Sequence record: PP944331.1
Direction: 5' to 3' (one strand)
DNA: 32,000 nt
From: Pseudomonas phage JM2
Part shown: piece by piece, positions 8,750 to 17,855 of the stretch
How positions within the stretch are numbered: the first letter of the stretch is position 1
Layout: every line of letters starts with the position of its first letter
The notes under the pieces: model-generated
The model's input: the letters and a program-made list of their open reading frames with translations, nothing else
Databases searched by the model: none
Told to the model about the DNA's origin: nothing
Translations under genes and position numbers: made by a program

Positions 8750-8774
8750 GGAGGACGGCCCCGGGCCTTCCTCC
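8750..8774 (+). terminator. GC-rich hairpin (possible attenuator/processing site)
   Basis: GGAGGA-C-GGCC-CCG-GGCC-T-TCCTCC: 10 paired positions with one mismatch, no clear T-tract. Confidence 0.35.
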
Positions 8775-8880
8775 CGACCGAACCGCCCCGCGGGTGACAG
8801 CGGGTACAGCCGGTGAGACGGCAGGGCTATTCGACCGGGGGCCCAATTGACCCGCTCACATTGAACCAAAGGAGCCTATC

Positions 8881-9720
8881 ATGGCCAAGACCGAAAGCAA
8901 GACCACCGATGTCGCAGTGAAGGAACAGAACACCGCAATGGCGGAGTATGGCGCATATGCCGACTACGCGGGCGCGGGTTTCGAGAACCAGACCAGCGAT
9001 GACTACAGCATCCCGTTCCTCCAGATTCTTCAGGCCCTCAGCCCGCAGCTCCAGGAGAACGACAGCCTGCGCCAGGGCATGATCCTGAACACCGTGACCG
9101 GCGAAGTCTGGGACGGCAAGAAGGGCATTGCCTTCGTCCCGGCGACCACCCAGCACGTGTACGTGGAGTGGAAGCCCCGCGACGCGGGCGGCGGTTTCGT
9201 GGGCATCCACGAAGTCAACAGCGATCTGGTGAACCACGCCAAGGCAGCGTCCTCGGAGTATGGCAAGTACAACACCCCGGACGGCAACGAGCTGATCGAA
9301 ACCTTCTATGTGTACGGCATCGCGCTGGATGATGACGGCAACGCCTCGGAAGCGGTCCTGGCCTTCAGCTCCACGAAGATCAAGAAGTACAAGGGCTGGA
9401 TGACCAAGGCCAAGACCATCCAGATTCCGCTGCCGGACGGTCGCCGCATTCCGGCTCCGCTGTTCGCCCACCGCTACCGCCTCAAGACCGTGAGCGAGAA
9501 GAACAACAAGGGCCAGTTCTTCAACTGGGACGCCATCGCCTTCGACGGCGAGAACGCCCAGCAGGCTCGCCTCCTGCCTGATGACCCGCTGTTCCAGGCC
9601 GCGGTGAGCATCAAGTCGATGATCGAGCAGGGCAAGGCCCGCGCTGCCTATGAGTCGCAGGCTCCGGGCTCCGCGGACGAAGAAGCCCAGGGCGCAGGCG
9701 GCGGCAAGCCGGTGTTCTGA
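8881..9720 (+). CDS. Replication-region phage protein, possible ssDNA-binding protein
   Basis: 279 aa, DDYSIPFLQILQALSPQ...G.ILNTVTGEVWDGKKGIAFVP; acidic/Gly-rich tail ending in F. Lies between a coiled-coil gene and helicase. Family not certain. Confidence 0.5.
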   Translation: MAKTESKTTDVAVKEQNTAMAEYGAYADYAGAGFENQTSDDYSIPFLQILQALSPQLQENDSLRQGMILNTVTGEVWDGKKGIAFVPATTQHVYVEWKPRDAGGGFVGIHEVNSDLVNHAKAASSEYGKYNTPDGNELIETFYVYGIALDDDGNASEAVLAFSSTKIKKYKGWMTKAKTIQIPLPDGRRIPAPLFAHRYRLKTVSEKNNKGQFFNWDAIAFDGENAQQARLLPDDPLFQAAVSIKSMIEQGKARAAYESQAPGSADEEAQGAGGGKPVF

Positions 9721-9742
9721 TCTACCGGGAGGACCGACCCGG

Positions 9743-9764
9743 ACGGCCCGCCCCCTCGGGCCGT
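9743..9764 (+). terminator. First hairpin of a tandem pair
   Basis: ACGGCCCG-CCCCCT-CGGGCCGT, 8 bp perfect stem. Confidence 0.45.
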
Positions 9765-9771
9765 ACCTTCA

Positions 9772-9797
9772 GGGGGCCTTCGTGGCCCCCTTCTTTT
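9772..9797 (+). terminator. Rho-independent terminator
   Basis: GGGGGCC-TTCGT-GGCCCCC followed by TTCTTTT. Confidence 0.75.
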
Positions 9798-9821
9798 CAT
9801 CAGAAACGGAGAACGATCATC

Positions 9822-11015
9822 ATGTGGAGTCCGCAACAGCAGACCGCGCTGGACCGGGTTGGGCGTTGGCTCAAGACCCGGGACAAGCCCGTGTTCCAGC
9901 TCGCCGGGTACGCCGGAACCGGCAAGACCACCCTGGCCAAACACCTCGCCGCGACCGTCAACGGTCCGGTGTACTTCGCCGCCTACACGGGCAAGGCCGC
10001 TCACGTCCTCACGAAGTCCGGGGCGACCAACGTGAGTACCATTCACAAGCTCATCTACACGCCCAAGGACAAGTCGCAGCAGCGCCTGAAGGAACTCCAA
10101 GCGGAGCGGGCGCGGCTCCTCACTCACAAGCCCGTCCCGGAAACCCTCGTGGAGAAGGTCGATGCGGCGATCAAGGCAGAGCAGATCAACCTCGCCCGCC
10201 CGATGTTCCAGCTCAACACGGAGTCGCCGCTGTTCGAGGCCGCGCTGCTCGTGGTGGATGAGTATTCCATGATTGACGAACAGATGGGGGAGGACTTGCT
10301 CAGCTTCGGTTGCCCGATCCTCGCCCTGGGCGATCCGGGGCAGCTCCCGCCCGTGGGCGGCACGCCCTTCTTCAAGAACAAGCCCGACATCCTGCTCACG
10401 GAGATTCACCGCCAGGCCCAGGACAACCCGATAATCTGGATGTCCAAGGAGGTTCGCGAGGGCCGCGTGCTCCGCCCCGGCGACTACGGTGCCAGCCGCG
10501 TGATTCCCTATGGCCGCCTGCCACGCGAAGAACTCCGGGACATGGTACTGTCCACTGACCAGCTCCTCGTTGGCAGGAACGCCACGAGAATCACGAGCAA
10601 CGGACGTGCCCGGGAACTCCTCGGGCGGACGAACGCCTTGCCCCAGGAAGGCGACAAGCTGGTGTGCCTTCGCAACAACCACGAGGTGGGCCTGCTCAAC
10701 GGCCAGCTCTGGAAGGTCCGCCGTGACACGATCTTCGACGGCGACTATGTCATCATGGACATCGAAGGCGAGGACGGCGCGAAGGTCGAAGTCAGCGCCC
10801 ACCCCCACTACTTCCACGGCAACAAGCCGGAGTATTGGGAGCGGAAGGACGCGGAGGAGTTCGACTATGGCTATGCGCTCACCGTCCACAAGTCGCAGGG
10901 CTCCCAGTGGAACAACGTCCTGCTGTTTGACGAGTGGTACGGGAAGGACCGGAAGGAATGGTTGTACACCGCCATTACCCGGGCCGCGGAACGCATCGAC
11001 CTCGTTATGATGTAG
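9822..11015 (+). CDS. RecD/Dda-like SF1 DNA helicase
   Basis: GYAGTGKTTLAKHLA (Walker A), DEYSMID, LGDPGQLPPVGG, C-terminal YGYALTVHKSQGSQW..V and ITRA. Confidence 0.9.
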   Translation: MWSPQQQTALDRVGRWLKTRDKPVFQLAGYAGTGKTTLAKHLAATVNGPVYFAAYTGKAAHVLTKSGATNVSTIHKLIYTPKDKSQQRLKELQAERARLLTHKPVPETLVEKVDAAIKAEQINLARPMFQLNTESPLFEAALLVVDEYSMIDEQMGEDLLSFGCPILALGDPGQLPPVGGTPFFKNKPDILLTEIHRQAQDNPIIWMSKEVREGRVLRPGDYGASRVIPYGRLPREELRDMVLSTDQLLVGRNATRITSNGRARELLGRTNALPQEGDKLVCLRNNHEVGLLNGQLWKVRRDTIFDGDYVIMDIEGEDGAKVEVSAHPHYFHGNKPEYWERKDAEEFDYGYALTVHKSQGSQWNNVLLFDEWYGKDRKEWLYTAITRAAERIDLVMM

Positions 11016-11036
11016 CCCAAGAACAGGAGCAACGAT

Positions 11037-12899
11037 ATGATAGAAAGCCCACAACCTTTCAAGGAGTCTCGCAAAATGCATGGTCCCCAAGTACCCTATT
11101 CACAAGAACTACACTCACAGAAGTACCGCGGCAGCGGCGAGTCCTTCCGCGAGGCCATGAACCGGATCGCCGCGGCCCTGAAGGATGATGACCAGCACTT
11201 CGCGGACTTCCGGGACGCCCTCCTGGGCATGCGCTTCCTCCCGGCGGGCCGCATCCAGTCCGCGATGGGCTCCACCCGCCAGGTAACACCATACAACTGC
11301 TATGTCTCCGGGACGATCAACGACAGCTTCGTGGACGGCGAAGGCTCCATCATGGTCCGGGCCGCGGAAGCCGCCGCCACGATGCGGATGGGCGGCGGGA
11401 TCGGCTATGACTTCAGCACCCTCCGTCCTCGCGGCGACCTGATCCGCAAACTCCAGTCCCACTCCTCCGGCCCCATCAGCTTCATGCACATCTTCGACGC
11501 GATCTGCAAGTGCGTCGCCTCCTCCGGCCATCGCCGCGGAGCCCAGATGGGGGTGATGCGCGTGGACCATCCCGACATCGAGGAGTTCATTCACGCCAAG
11601 CAACCCGGGAAGGACGTTCAGCCGCTCTGGGACCTCGTGGCCGAACTCCCGGAAGGAGCCCAGAAGCAGCAGTTGGTCATGTCCCTTCAGCAGACCCTGA
11701 AGCTGACCGGCTTCAACGTCTCCGTCGCCATCACCGACAAGTTCATGGAGTGCGTCGCCTCCGGCGAGCCGTTCCCCCTCACCTTCGAGGGCCGGACCTA
11801 CCGCGAAGTGGACGCCCGGGCGCTGTGGGACGCGATCATGCGCGGGACCTGGGACTGGGCGGAGCCCGGGGTGCTGTTCATCGACGCGATCAACCGCATG
11901 AACAACCTCTGGTACTGCGAGACCATCGCCGCCACCAACCCCTGCGGTGAGCAACCGCTCCCGCCCTACGGTGCCTGCTTGTTGGGCTCCTTCAACTTGG
12001 TCAAGTACATCTTCAAGGACGGGGCGGGCCGCTACGCCTTCGACTGGGACCAGTACCGCGAGGACATCCCGCAGGTGGTCCGCGCGATGGACAACGTGGT
12101 TGATCGCGCGATCTACCCGCTGCCGCAGCAGAAGCAGGAAGCCAAGGACAAGCGCCGCATGGGCCTCGGGATCACCGGCCTGGCCAACGCTGCCGAAGCC
12201 CTGGGCCATGAGTACGGTTCGCCCGCCTTCCTCGCCTTCGAGGCGGAGGTGCTGGACACGCTGCGTGATGAGTCCTACCTGGCCAGCGCCCACATCGCCA
12301 AGGTCAAGGGCTCCTTCCCGAAGTTCGACAAGGACAAGTACCTGCAGGGCCAGTTCATCAAGACCCTCCGCGAGGACGTGCGGGACGCCATCGCCAAATA
12401 CGGCATCCGCAACTCCCACCTCACTTCCATCGCCCCGACCGGGACCATCAGCCTGTGCGCCGACAACGTCAGCTCCGGGATTGAGCCGGTGTTCGCCTAC
12501 AGCTTCGACCGCACCGTGATCGAGTTCAGCGGCCCGCGGGTGGAGACGGTGGAGGACTACGGTGCCCGCGTGTTCGGGGTCCGCGGCAAGGCCTGCTCCC
12601 GCGTCACCGTCCAGGAACATGTCGCCGCCCTGACCGTCGCCGCCCAGCGGGTCGATTCCGCGGTGAGCAAGACCTGCAACGTGCCTTCCGACATCAGCTG
12701 GGAGGACTTCAAGAACGTGTACGTGAGCGCCTGGGAAGGCGGGGCGAAGGGCTGCACCACCTTCCGCCTGGGCGGGAAGCGGTCGGGCATCCTCGTGGTG
12801 AAGGATGACGGCGGCGAGCCCGAAGCGGACGCCCCGGCGGAGGAGCCGGCAAGCCAGTGCCGCATCGACCCGGCCACAGGTCGCCGTGAGTGTGAGTAA
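11037..12899 (+). CDS. nrdJ: Ribonucleoside-diphosphate reductase, class II (B12-dependent)-like
   Basis: FLPAGRIQSAMGS, YNCYVSGTI, MGGGIGYDFSTLRPRGD, SSGHRRGAQMGVMRVDHPDIEEFI, NPCGEQPLPPYGACLLGSFNL. No small-subunit gene in the window. Confidence 0.85.
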   Translation: MIESPQPFKESRKMHGPQVPYSQELHSQKYRGSGESFREAMNRIAAALKDDDQHFADFRDALLGMRFLPAGRIQSAMGSTRQVTPYNCYVSGTINDSFVDGEGSIMVRAAEAAATMRMGGGIGYDFSTLRPRGDLIRKLQSHSSGPISFMHIFDAICKCVASSGHRRGAQMGVMRVDHPDIEEFIHAKQPGKDVQPLWDLVAELPEGAQKQQLVMSLQQTLKLTGFNVSVAITDKFMECVASGEPFPLTFEGRTYREVDARALWDAIMRGTWDWAEPGVLFIDAINRMNNLWYCETIAATNPCGEQPLPPYGACLLGSFNLVKYIFKDGAGRYAFDWDQYREDIPQVVRAMDNVVDRAIYPLPQQKQEAKDKRRMGLGITGLANAAEALGHEYGSPAFLAFEAEVLDTLRDESYLASAHIAKVKGSFPKFDKDKYLQGQFIKTLREDVRDAIAKYGIRNSHLTSIAPTGTISLCADNVSSGIEPVFAYSFDRTVIEFSGPRVETVEDYGARVFGVRGKACSRVTVQEHVAALTVAAQRVDSAVSKTCNVPSDISWEDFKNVYVSAWEGGAKGCTTFRLGGKRSGILVVKDDGGEPEADAPAEEPASQCRIDPATGRRECE

Positions 12900-12908
12900 G
12901 TGAGGGCC

Positions 12909-12959
12909 GGGGCGGGCAACTAGGGGTTTCCCGGGGAAATCAAAAAAGTTGCCTGCCCC
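12909..12959. repeat. Long-stem inverted repeat downstream of the reductase gene
   Basis: Arms 12909-12921 and 12947-12959 pair over 13 positions with one G.U; the loop contains TTTCCC-G-GGGAAA. Confidence 0.6.
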
Positions 12960-12961
12960 AC

Positions 12962-12990
12962 TTTACTTCTTCGGATTGTAGCACTATACT
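12962..12990 (+). promoter_or_regulatory. Phage promoter-like element (copy 2)
   Basis: TTTACT-17 nt-TATACT: tttacttcttcggattgtagcactatacttctttcaac. Confidence 0.7.
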
Positions 12991-13044
12991 TCTTTCAACG
13001 GTCGAGCAAACGCAAGACCGCTTAACCCAGAAAAGGAGCCTGTC

Positions 13045-13728
13045 ATGAACACCACCGCCATCAACTTCAACAACGTCGCCTACACCGAAGCCTCCCTGAA
13101 TGAGCTGTCCGGCCCGGCCCTGGTCGAGCTGTACAACGATGTCATGGGCACCTTCCGCAACGGCGAGTCCGTCACGAACGTCCGCCGATTCGCTGACAAG
13201 AAGTCCGCCGTGTCCCGCACCTGGAAGATGCTTCAGCGTTATGCCGAAGCCAACCCGGAAGTTGAGGCAGAGCCGGTGAAGGCCGAACCCCAAAAGGTCG
13301 AAACCGTGAACGAAACCACCACCCCCGCCCCCGTCGCCGCCCCGAAGGCAGCGAAGGCCCCCGCGGAGAAGAAGGCCCGCGCCCCGCGCGGCACCAACCT
13401 GGTCGCCCCGGGCCATGCCCCGATCCCGTGCCGCGAGGGCTCCAAGCAAGCCATCCTTCTGGACACGCTGGCCCGCCCGAACGGTGCGACCATGGCCGAA
13501 CTGATTGACGCCCTGAGCGGCGGCAACAAGCCCTGGACTGAGGCCACCGTCCGCTCCGGCTTCGGTTGGGACATGAAGCTGAAGGGCTACGGGGTCCGCT
13601 CCTCCTTCGACGCTGACGGCACGGAGCGGTTCCACATCGTGGTCCCGGAAGGCCACGCGATCCCGGCCCACAAGCCGCTGAAGTCCGCCCCGAAGGCTGA
13701 CGCCCGCCAGACCCGCCTGGTTGACTGA
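13045..13728 (+). CDS. Phage protein with DUF3489-like C-terminal helical domain
   Basis: GSKQAILLDTLARPNGATMAELIDALSGG...WTEATVRSGF...LKGYGVRSSFDADGTERFHI; Ala/Pro/Lys-rich linker; good RBS (AAAGGAG). Confidence 0.65.
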   Translation: MNTTAINFNNVAYTEASLNELSGPALVELYNDVMGTFRNGESVTNVRRFADKKSAVSRTWKMLQRYAEANPEVEAEPVKAEPQKVETVNETTTPAPVAAPKAAKAPAEKKARAPRGTNLVAPGHAPIPCREGSKQAILLDTLARPNGATMAELIDALSGGNKPWTEATVRSGFGWDMKLKGYGVRSSFDADGTERFHIVVPEGHAIPAHKPLKSAPKADARQTRLVD

Positions 13729-13738
13729 GGTAAGGGTC

Positions 13739-14002
13739 ATGGGAGCCTCGGAGCGCACCTATGACTACCTGATCCGCCGGGTGGAGTACCCGGCGGAGCG
13801 GGGATACAGAATGGAGCCCTTCAAGCTACCTCCGTGGATTCACGTTGTGATCACGGAGGACGGCGACAGCAAGTGGCTGACGGTCCATTCCCGTATTCAC
13901 GTCAACAAAGAAGTCCGCATGGAGCCTTCCTTCAGTCGCCAATTCTCTGATTGGGACATCCTGAAGGACCTGTCCGGGAAAATCAGTCACGCATTCTTGT
14001 GA
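13739..14002 (+). CDS. Small phage protein of unknown function
   Basis: ATG at 13739, MGASERTYDYLIRRVEYPAERGYRMEPFKLPPWIHVVITEDG... Confidence 0.5.
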   Translation: MGASERTYDYLIRRVEYPAERGYRMEPFKLPPWIHVVITEDGDSKWLTVHSRIHVNKEVRMEPSFSRQFSDWDILKDLSGKISHAFL

Positions 14003-14887
<885 letters not shown>

Positions 14888-14888
14888 G

Positions 14889-15725
14889 ATGATCGTCAAC
14901 AACACCCCGGTCGAAACCTATGAGCTCAATGGGGTCCCGATCCTCGTGAAGCGCGAGGACCTGTGTGCCCCGCTCCCGGGTCCGTCCTTCAGCAAGATTC
15001 GCGGAGTGGTCGCCCATATCAAGAACCGGCCTGAGACCACGATTGGTTGCCTGGACACCTACCACTCGAAGGCCGGGTGGGCGGTCGCCTACGTCTGTCA
15101 GCAGCTCGGGAAGGAGTCCGTGGACTACTGGCCCCGCTTCAAGCGCGACGGGGACGCGGACGCCCCGCGCATCCAGCAGCAGTACGCCCGCCAGCTTGGG
15201 GCGACCCTTGTGGACATCCCGGCGGGCCGCTCCGCGATCCTGTACCACACGGCCAAGAAGCACCTGCGGGAGAACTACCCCGACAGCTACCTGATGCCGA
15301 ACGCCCTGAAGCTGCCGGAGTCGATCACGGAGAACGCCGCGGAGGCCGTCCGCACCGCCCCGCACCTTCCGGGCTCCGGGACCCTGGTCATCAGTATCAG
15401 CTCCGGGACGGTCGCCGCCGGAGTCCTCAAGGGCTTCGAGGAGGCGGGCCTGCTGGACCACTACAACGTCATCCTCCATATGGGGTATTCCCGGAGCCAG
15501 GACGCCACCCGGGAGTACATCGAGAAGGCCGCGGGCCTGACCCTGGGCGACCGGATCACGTTCATTGACGAGGGCTACGGCTACGCGGACGCCGCCCGGG
15601 ACGCCGCGGCCCCGTTCCCCTGCAACCCCTTCTATGACCTGAAGGCGTGGAAGTGGTTGAGCAACCCGACCAATCTGGAGACGATCCCGAAAGGCCCCAT
15701 TGTTTTCTGGAACATCGGGGAATGA
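14889..15725 (+). CDS. PLP-dependent enzyme, fold type II (tryptophan synthase beta/ACC deaminase-like)
   Basis: ILVKREDLCAPLPGPSFSKIRGVVAHI (candidate Schiff-base Lys) and GTLVISISSGTVAAGVLKGFEEAG (glycine/serine phosphate loop). Confidence 0.65.
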   Translation: MIVNNTPVETYELNGVPILVKREDLCAPLPGPSFSKIRGVVAHIKNRPETTIGCLDTYHSKAGWAVAYVCQQLGKESVDYWPRFKRDGDADAPRIQQQYARQLGATLVDIPAGRSAILYHTAKKHLRENYPDSYLMPNALKLPESITENAAEAVRTAPHLPGSGTLVISISSGTVAAGVLKGFEEAGLLDHYNVILHMGYSRSQDATREYIEKAAGLTLGDRITFIDEGYGYADAARDAAAPFPCNPFYDLKAWKWLSNPTNLETIPKGPIVFWNIGE

Positions 15726-15739
15726 CCAACTCATAGTGC

Positions 15740-15768
15740 TTTACTTCTTCGGAGGAAGGCACTAGACT
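15740..15768 (+). promoter_or_regulatory. Phage promoter-like element (copy 3)
   Basis: TTTACT-17 nt-TAGACT: tttacttcttcggaggaaggcactagactttttcacacg. Confidence 0.65.
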
Positions 15769-15794
15769 TTTTCACACGTAATGAGGAGAACCAT

Positions 15795-17237
15795 ATGGAC
15801 CACGCAGCCTGGCTGAATGAGGAAACCGGCGAAGCCGCTCAGGAGGCATACAAGTATTTCATGCGCCCGGACCCGAACCAACGGGAGTTCCTGGGCCCAA
15901 TCGAGGAGGAGGATGACCCGCTGACCGGCATGCGCGCGAAGTTCCGCATGGCGAGGGTGGGGATGGTCCGCAACGCGAAGGATGACGACAAGAAGGAGGT
16001 CAAGGTGTATCTTGGCTTCAATGACGTCACCTACCTCCCGCACATCCGCATCCCGAACGCCAAGCCCCTTCAGGGCTGGTACCAGGACAAGCACAACGAC
16101 AAGCGAGGCTCCCGCGCCCGCCCCTGCTTCAGCGAGGCGATCCTGACGGAGCCTTATGGGGGCTACTGCACCGTGGGTTGCGCCTTCTGCTACATCAACA
16201 GCGGGTTCCGGGGCTACCGCGGCACCGGCCTCATCAGCGTCCCAGTGAACTACGGCGAACAGGTCCGCAAGATGCTCTCGAAGTCCCGGACCTCCGCCGC
16301 GGGCTACTTCTCCAGCTTCACGGACCCCTTCCTGCCGATTGAGGACGTGTACCACAACACCCAGCAGGGGGCGGAAGCCTTCGTGGAGTCGGGCCTGCCC
16401 ATCTTCTTCCTGAGCCGTCTCAGCTACCCGTCCTGGGCCATCGACCTCCTGAAGCGGAACCCCTACAGCTACGCCCAGAAGTCGCTGAACACCGGCAACG
16501 ACCGCGATTGGCACAAGCTGTCCCCCGGGGCCATTTCCCTCCAGGATCATATTGACGAAATCGCGGAGCTGCGCCGTCAGGGCATCTACACGTCCATTCA
16601 GGTCAATCCGGTTGTCCCGGGGATCGTGACCCATGACGACATCCGCCACCTGTTCGAGCGCCTGGCCGCGGTCGGCAACAACCACGTGATCGTGAAGTTT
16701 GTGGAAGCGGGCTACAGCTGGGCACCGGCGATGATCGAACGCCTCCACAAGCGGTTCGGCCCGGAGCGCACCAAAGCCTTCACGGACCTGTTCACGGAGA
16801 ACCAGGCCGGAGCCCAAAAGACCATCGCGGAGCCGTACCGGGTCGAAGCCCACCACCTGTACCGGAAATGGGCGACGGAGCTGGGCATGACCTACGCGAC
16901 GTGCTATGAGTACCGCCGCGGGAAGCCCGGAACCGACGAACCGGCCTGGCTTTCTATGGGCCGTGAAATGATCACCGCGGACCAGTGCCACGGCCAGCGC
17001 GTCCCGATGTTCACCCGGACCGACCTGGGCCAGCCCTTCCAGGAGGTCAAGGAGTGCGCCCCCACCGGCTGTCTCCACTGCGCGGACGACAACGAGGGCA
17101 AACCGCGCTGCGGTTCGGAACTGTTCGGGGCGGCGAAGGCTCTGCGCTCGCCCGACTTCAAGAAGATCGTGGAACCGACCCCGCCGGAGGAGGACGGCGG
17201 CGAGCGCAAGATCATCCCGATCACGCAGATTGACTGA
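15795..17237 (+). CDS. Radical SAM protein, DNA hypermodification-type
   Basis: CTVGCAFC (CX3CX2C at 16167-16190) plus a C-terminal CX4CX2CX9C cluster (17055-17111); lies among nucleotide-hypermodification genes. Confidence 0.8.
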   Translation: MDHAAWLNEETGEAAQEAYKYFMRPDPNQREFLGPIEEEDDPLTGMRAKFRMARVGMVRNAKDDDKKEVKVYLGFNDVTYLPHIRIPNAKPLQGWYQDKHNDKRGSRARPCFSEAILTEPYGGYCTVGCAFCYINSGFRGYRGTGLISVPVNYGEQVRKMLSKSRTSAAGYFSSFTDPFLPIEDVYHNTQQGAEAFVESGLPIFFLSRLSYPSWAIDLLKRNPYSYAQKSLNTGNDRDWHKLSPGAISLQDHIDEIAELRRQGIYTSIQVNPVVPGIVTHDDIRHLFERLAAVGNNHVIVKFVEAGYSWAPAMIERLHKRFGPERTKAFTDLFTENQAGAQKTIAEPYRVEAHHLYRKWATELGMTYATCYEYRRGKPGTDEPAWLSMGREMITADQCHGQRVPMFTRTDLGQPFQEVKECAPTGCLHCADDNEGKPRCGSELFGAAKALRSPDFKKIVEPTPPEEDGGERKIIPITQID

Positions 17238-17245
17238 TCAACCCG

Positions 17246-17270
17246 GGCGGGGCTCCGGCTCCGCCGTTTT
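17246..17270 (+). terminator. Rho-independent terminator-like hairpin
   Basis: GGCGGGG-CTCCGG-CTCCGCC (7 positions, one G.U) followed by GTTTT. Confidence 0.55.
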
Positions 17271-17291
17271 CAACTGAAATGGAGAACCAAG

Positions 17292-17855
17292 ATGAAATAC
17301 ATCAACGTGCGGGGCTGTAACGGCTCCGGCAAGACAACCCTGCTGCGCAGCCTGGCCCGCGATCCGCTTTGCCGCGTCATCAACGTCATCGTCCCGGACC
17401 ACAAGCCGATCCCGGTGACGTATGCCCCGGACGGCATCGCCATCATCGGGGACTACACCCCCGCCGCCGCCGGAGCGACCACCGCCGGTTTGGACCGGAT
17501 CAAGACCCAAGCCGCAGCCAAGGCCGTCGCGGAGCTGGTTGGGCGGGACCCGGACGTGAAGGCGGTCCTGTTCGAGGGCGTGGTGGTCAGTACCATCTAC
17601 GGTCCGTGGCAGGAGTGGTCGAAGGCGAACGGCGGGATGATCTGGGCCTTCCTGGACACGCCGCTCGAAGTCTGCCTGAAGCGCATCCAGGAGCGCAACG
17701 GCGGGAAGCCCATCAAGGAGGACCAGGTGGCCGACAAGCACCGCACCATCGCCCGGGTCCGCGACAAGGCCCTGGCGGACGGCGAGACGGTCCGCGACAT
17801 CCATTGGGAAACGGCCCTGAAGGACCTGAAGGCGATCCTGGGGGAGGTGAAGTGA
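17292..17855 (+). CDS. P-loop nucleotide/5-hmdU DNA kinase-like protein
   Basis: INVRGCNGSGKTTLLRSLA (Walker A), VLFEGVVVSTIYG, FLDTPLEVCLKRIQERNGGK; adjacent to an aGPT-PPlase-like gene. Confidence 0.75.
   Translation: MKYINVRGCNGSGKTTLLRSLARDPLCRVINVIVPDHKPIPVTYAPDGIAIIGDYTPAAAGATTAGLDRIKTQAAAKAVAELVGRDPDVKAVLFEGVVVSTIYGPWQEWSKANGGMIWAFLDTPLEVCLKRIQERNGGKPIKEDQVADKHRTIARVRDKALADGETVRDIHWETALKDLKAILGEVK

Noticed and set aside
11115-12620. Long minus-strand ORF (501 aa) and the other long minus-strand ORFs (e.g. 15762-17078, 9648-11090, 25124-26791)
   Set aside because: All are shadows of strong + strand genes in GC-rich DNA; repetitive low-information sequences, no recognisable motifs.
17369-17854. 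5' extension of the 490-aa + strand ORF that ends at 18841
   Set aside because: This part overlaps the P-loop kinase in another frame and is Arg/Gly/Pro-rich; the real gene starts at ATG 17855 in an ATGA overlap-type junction.
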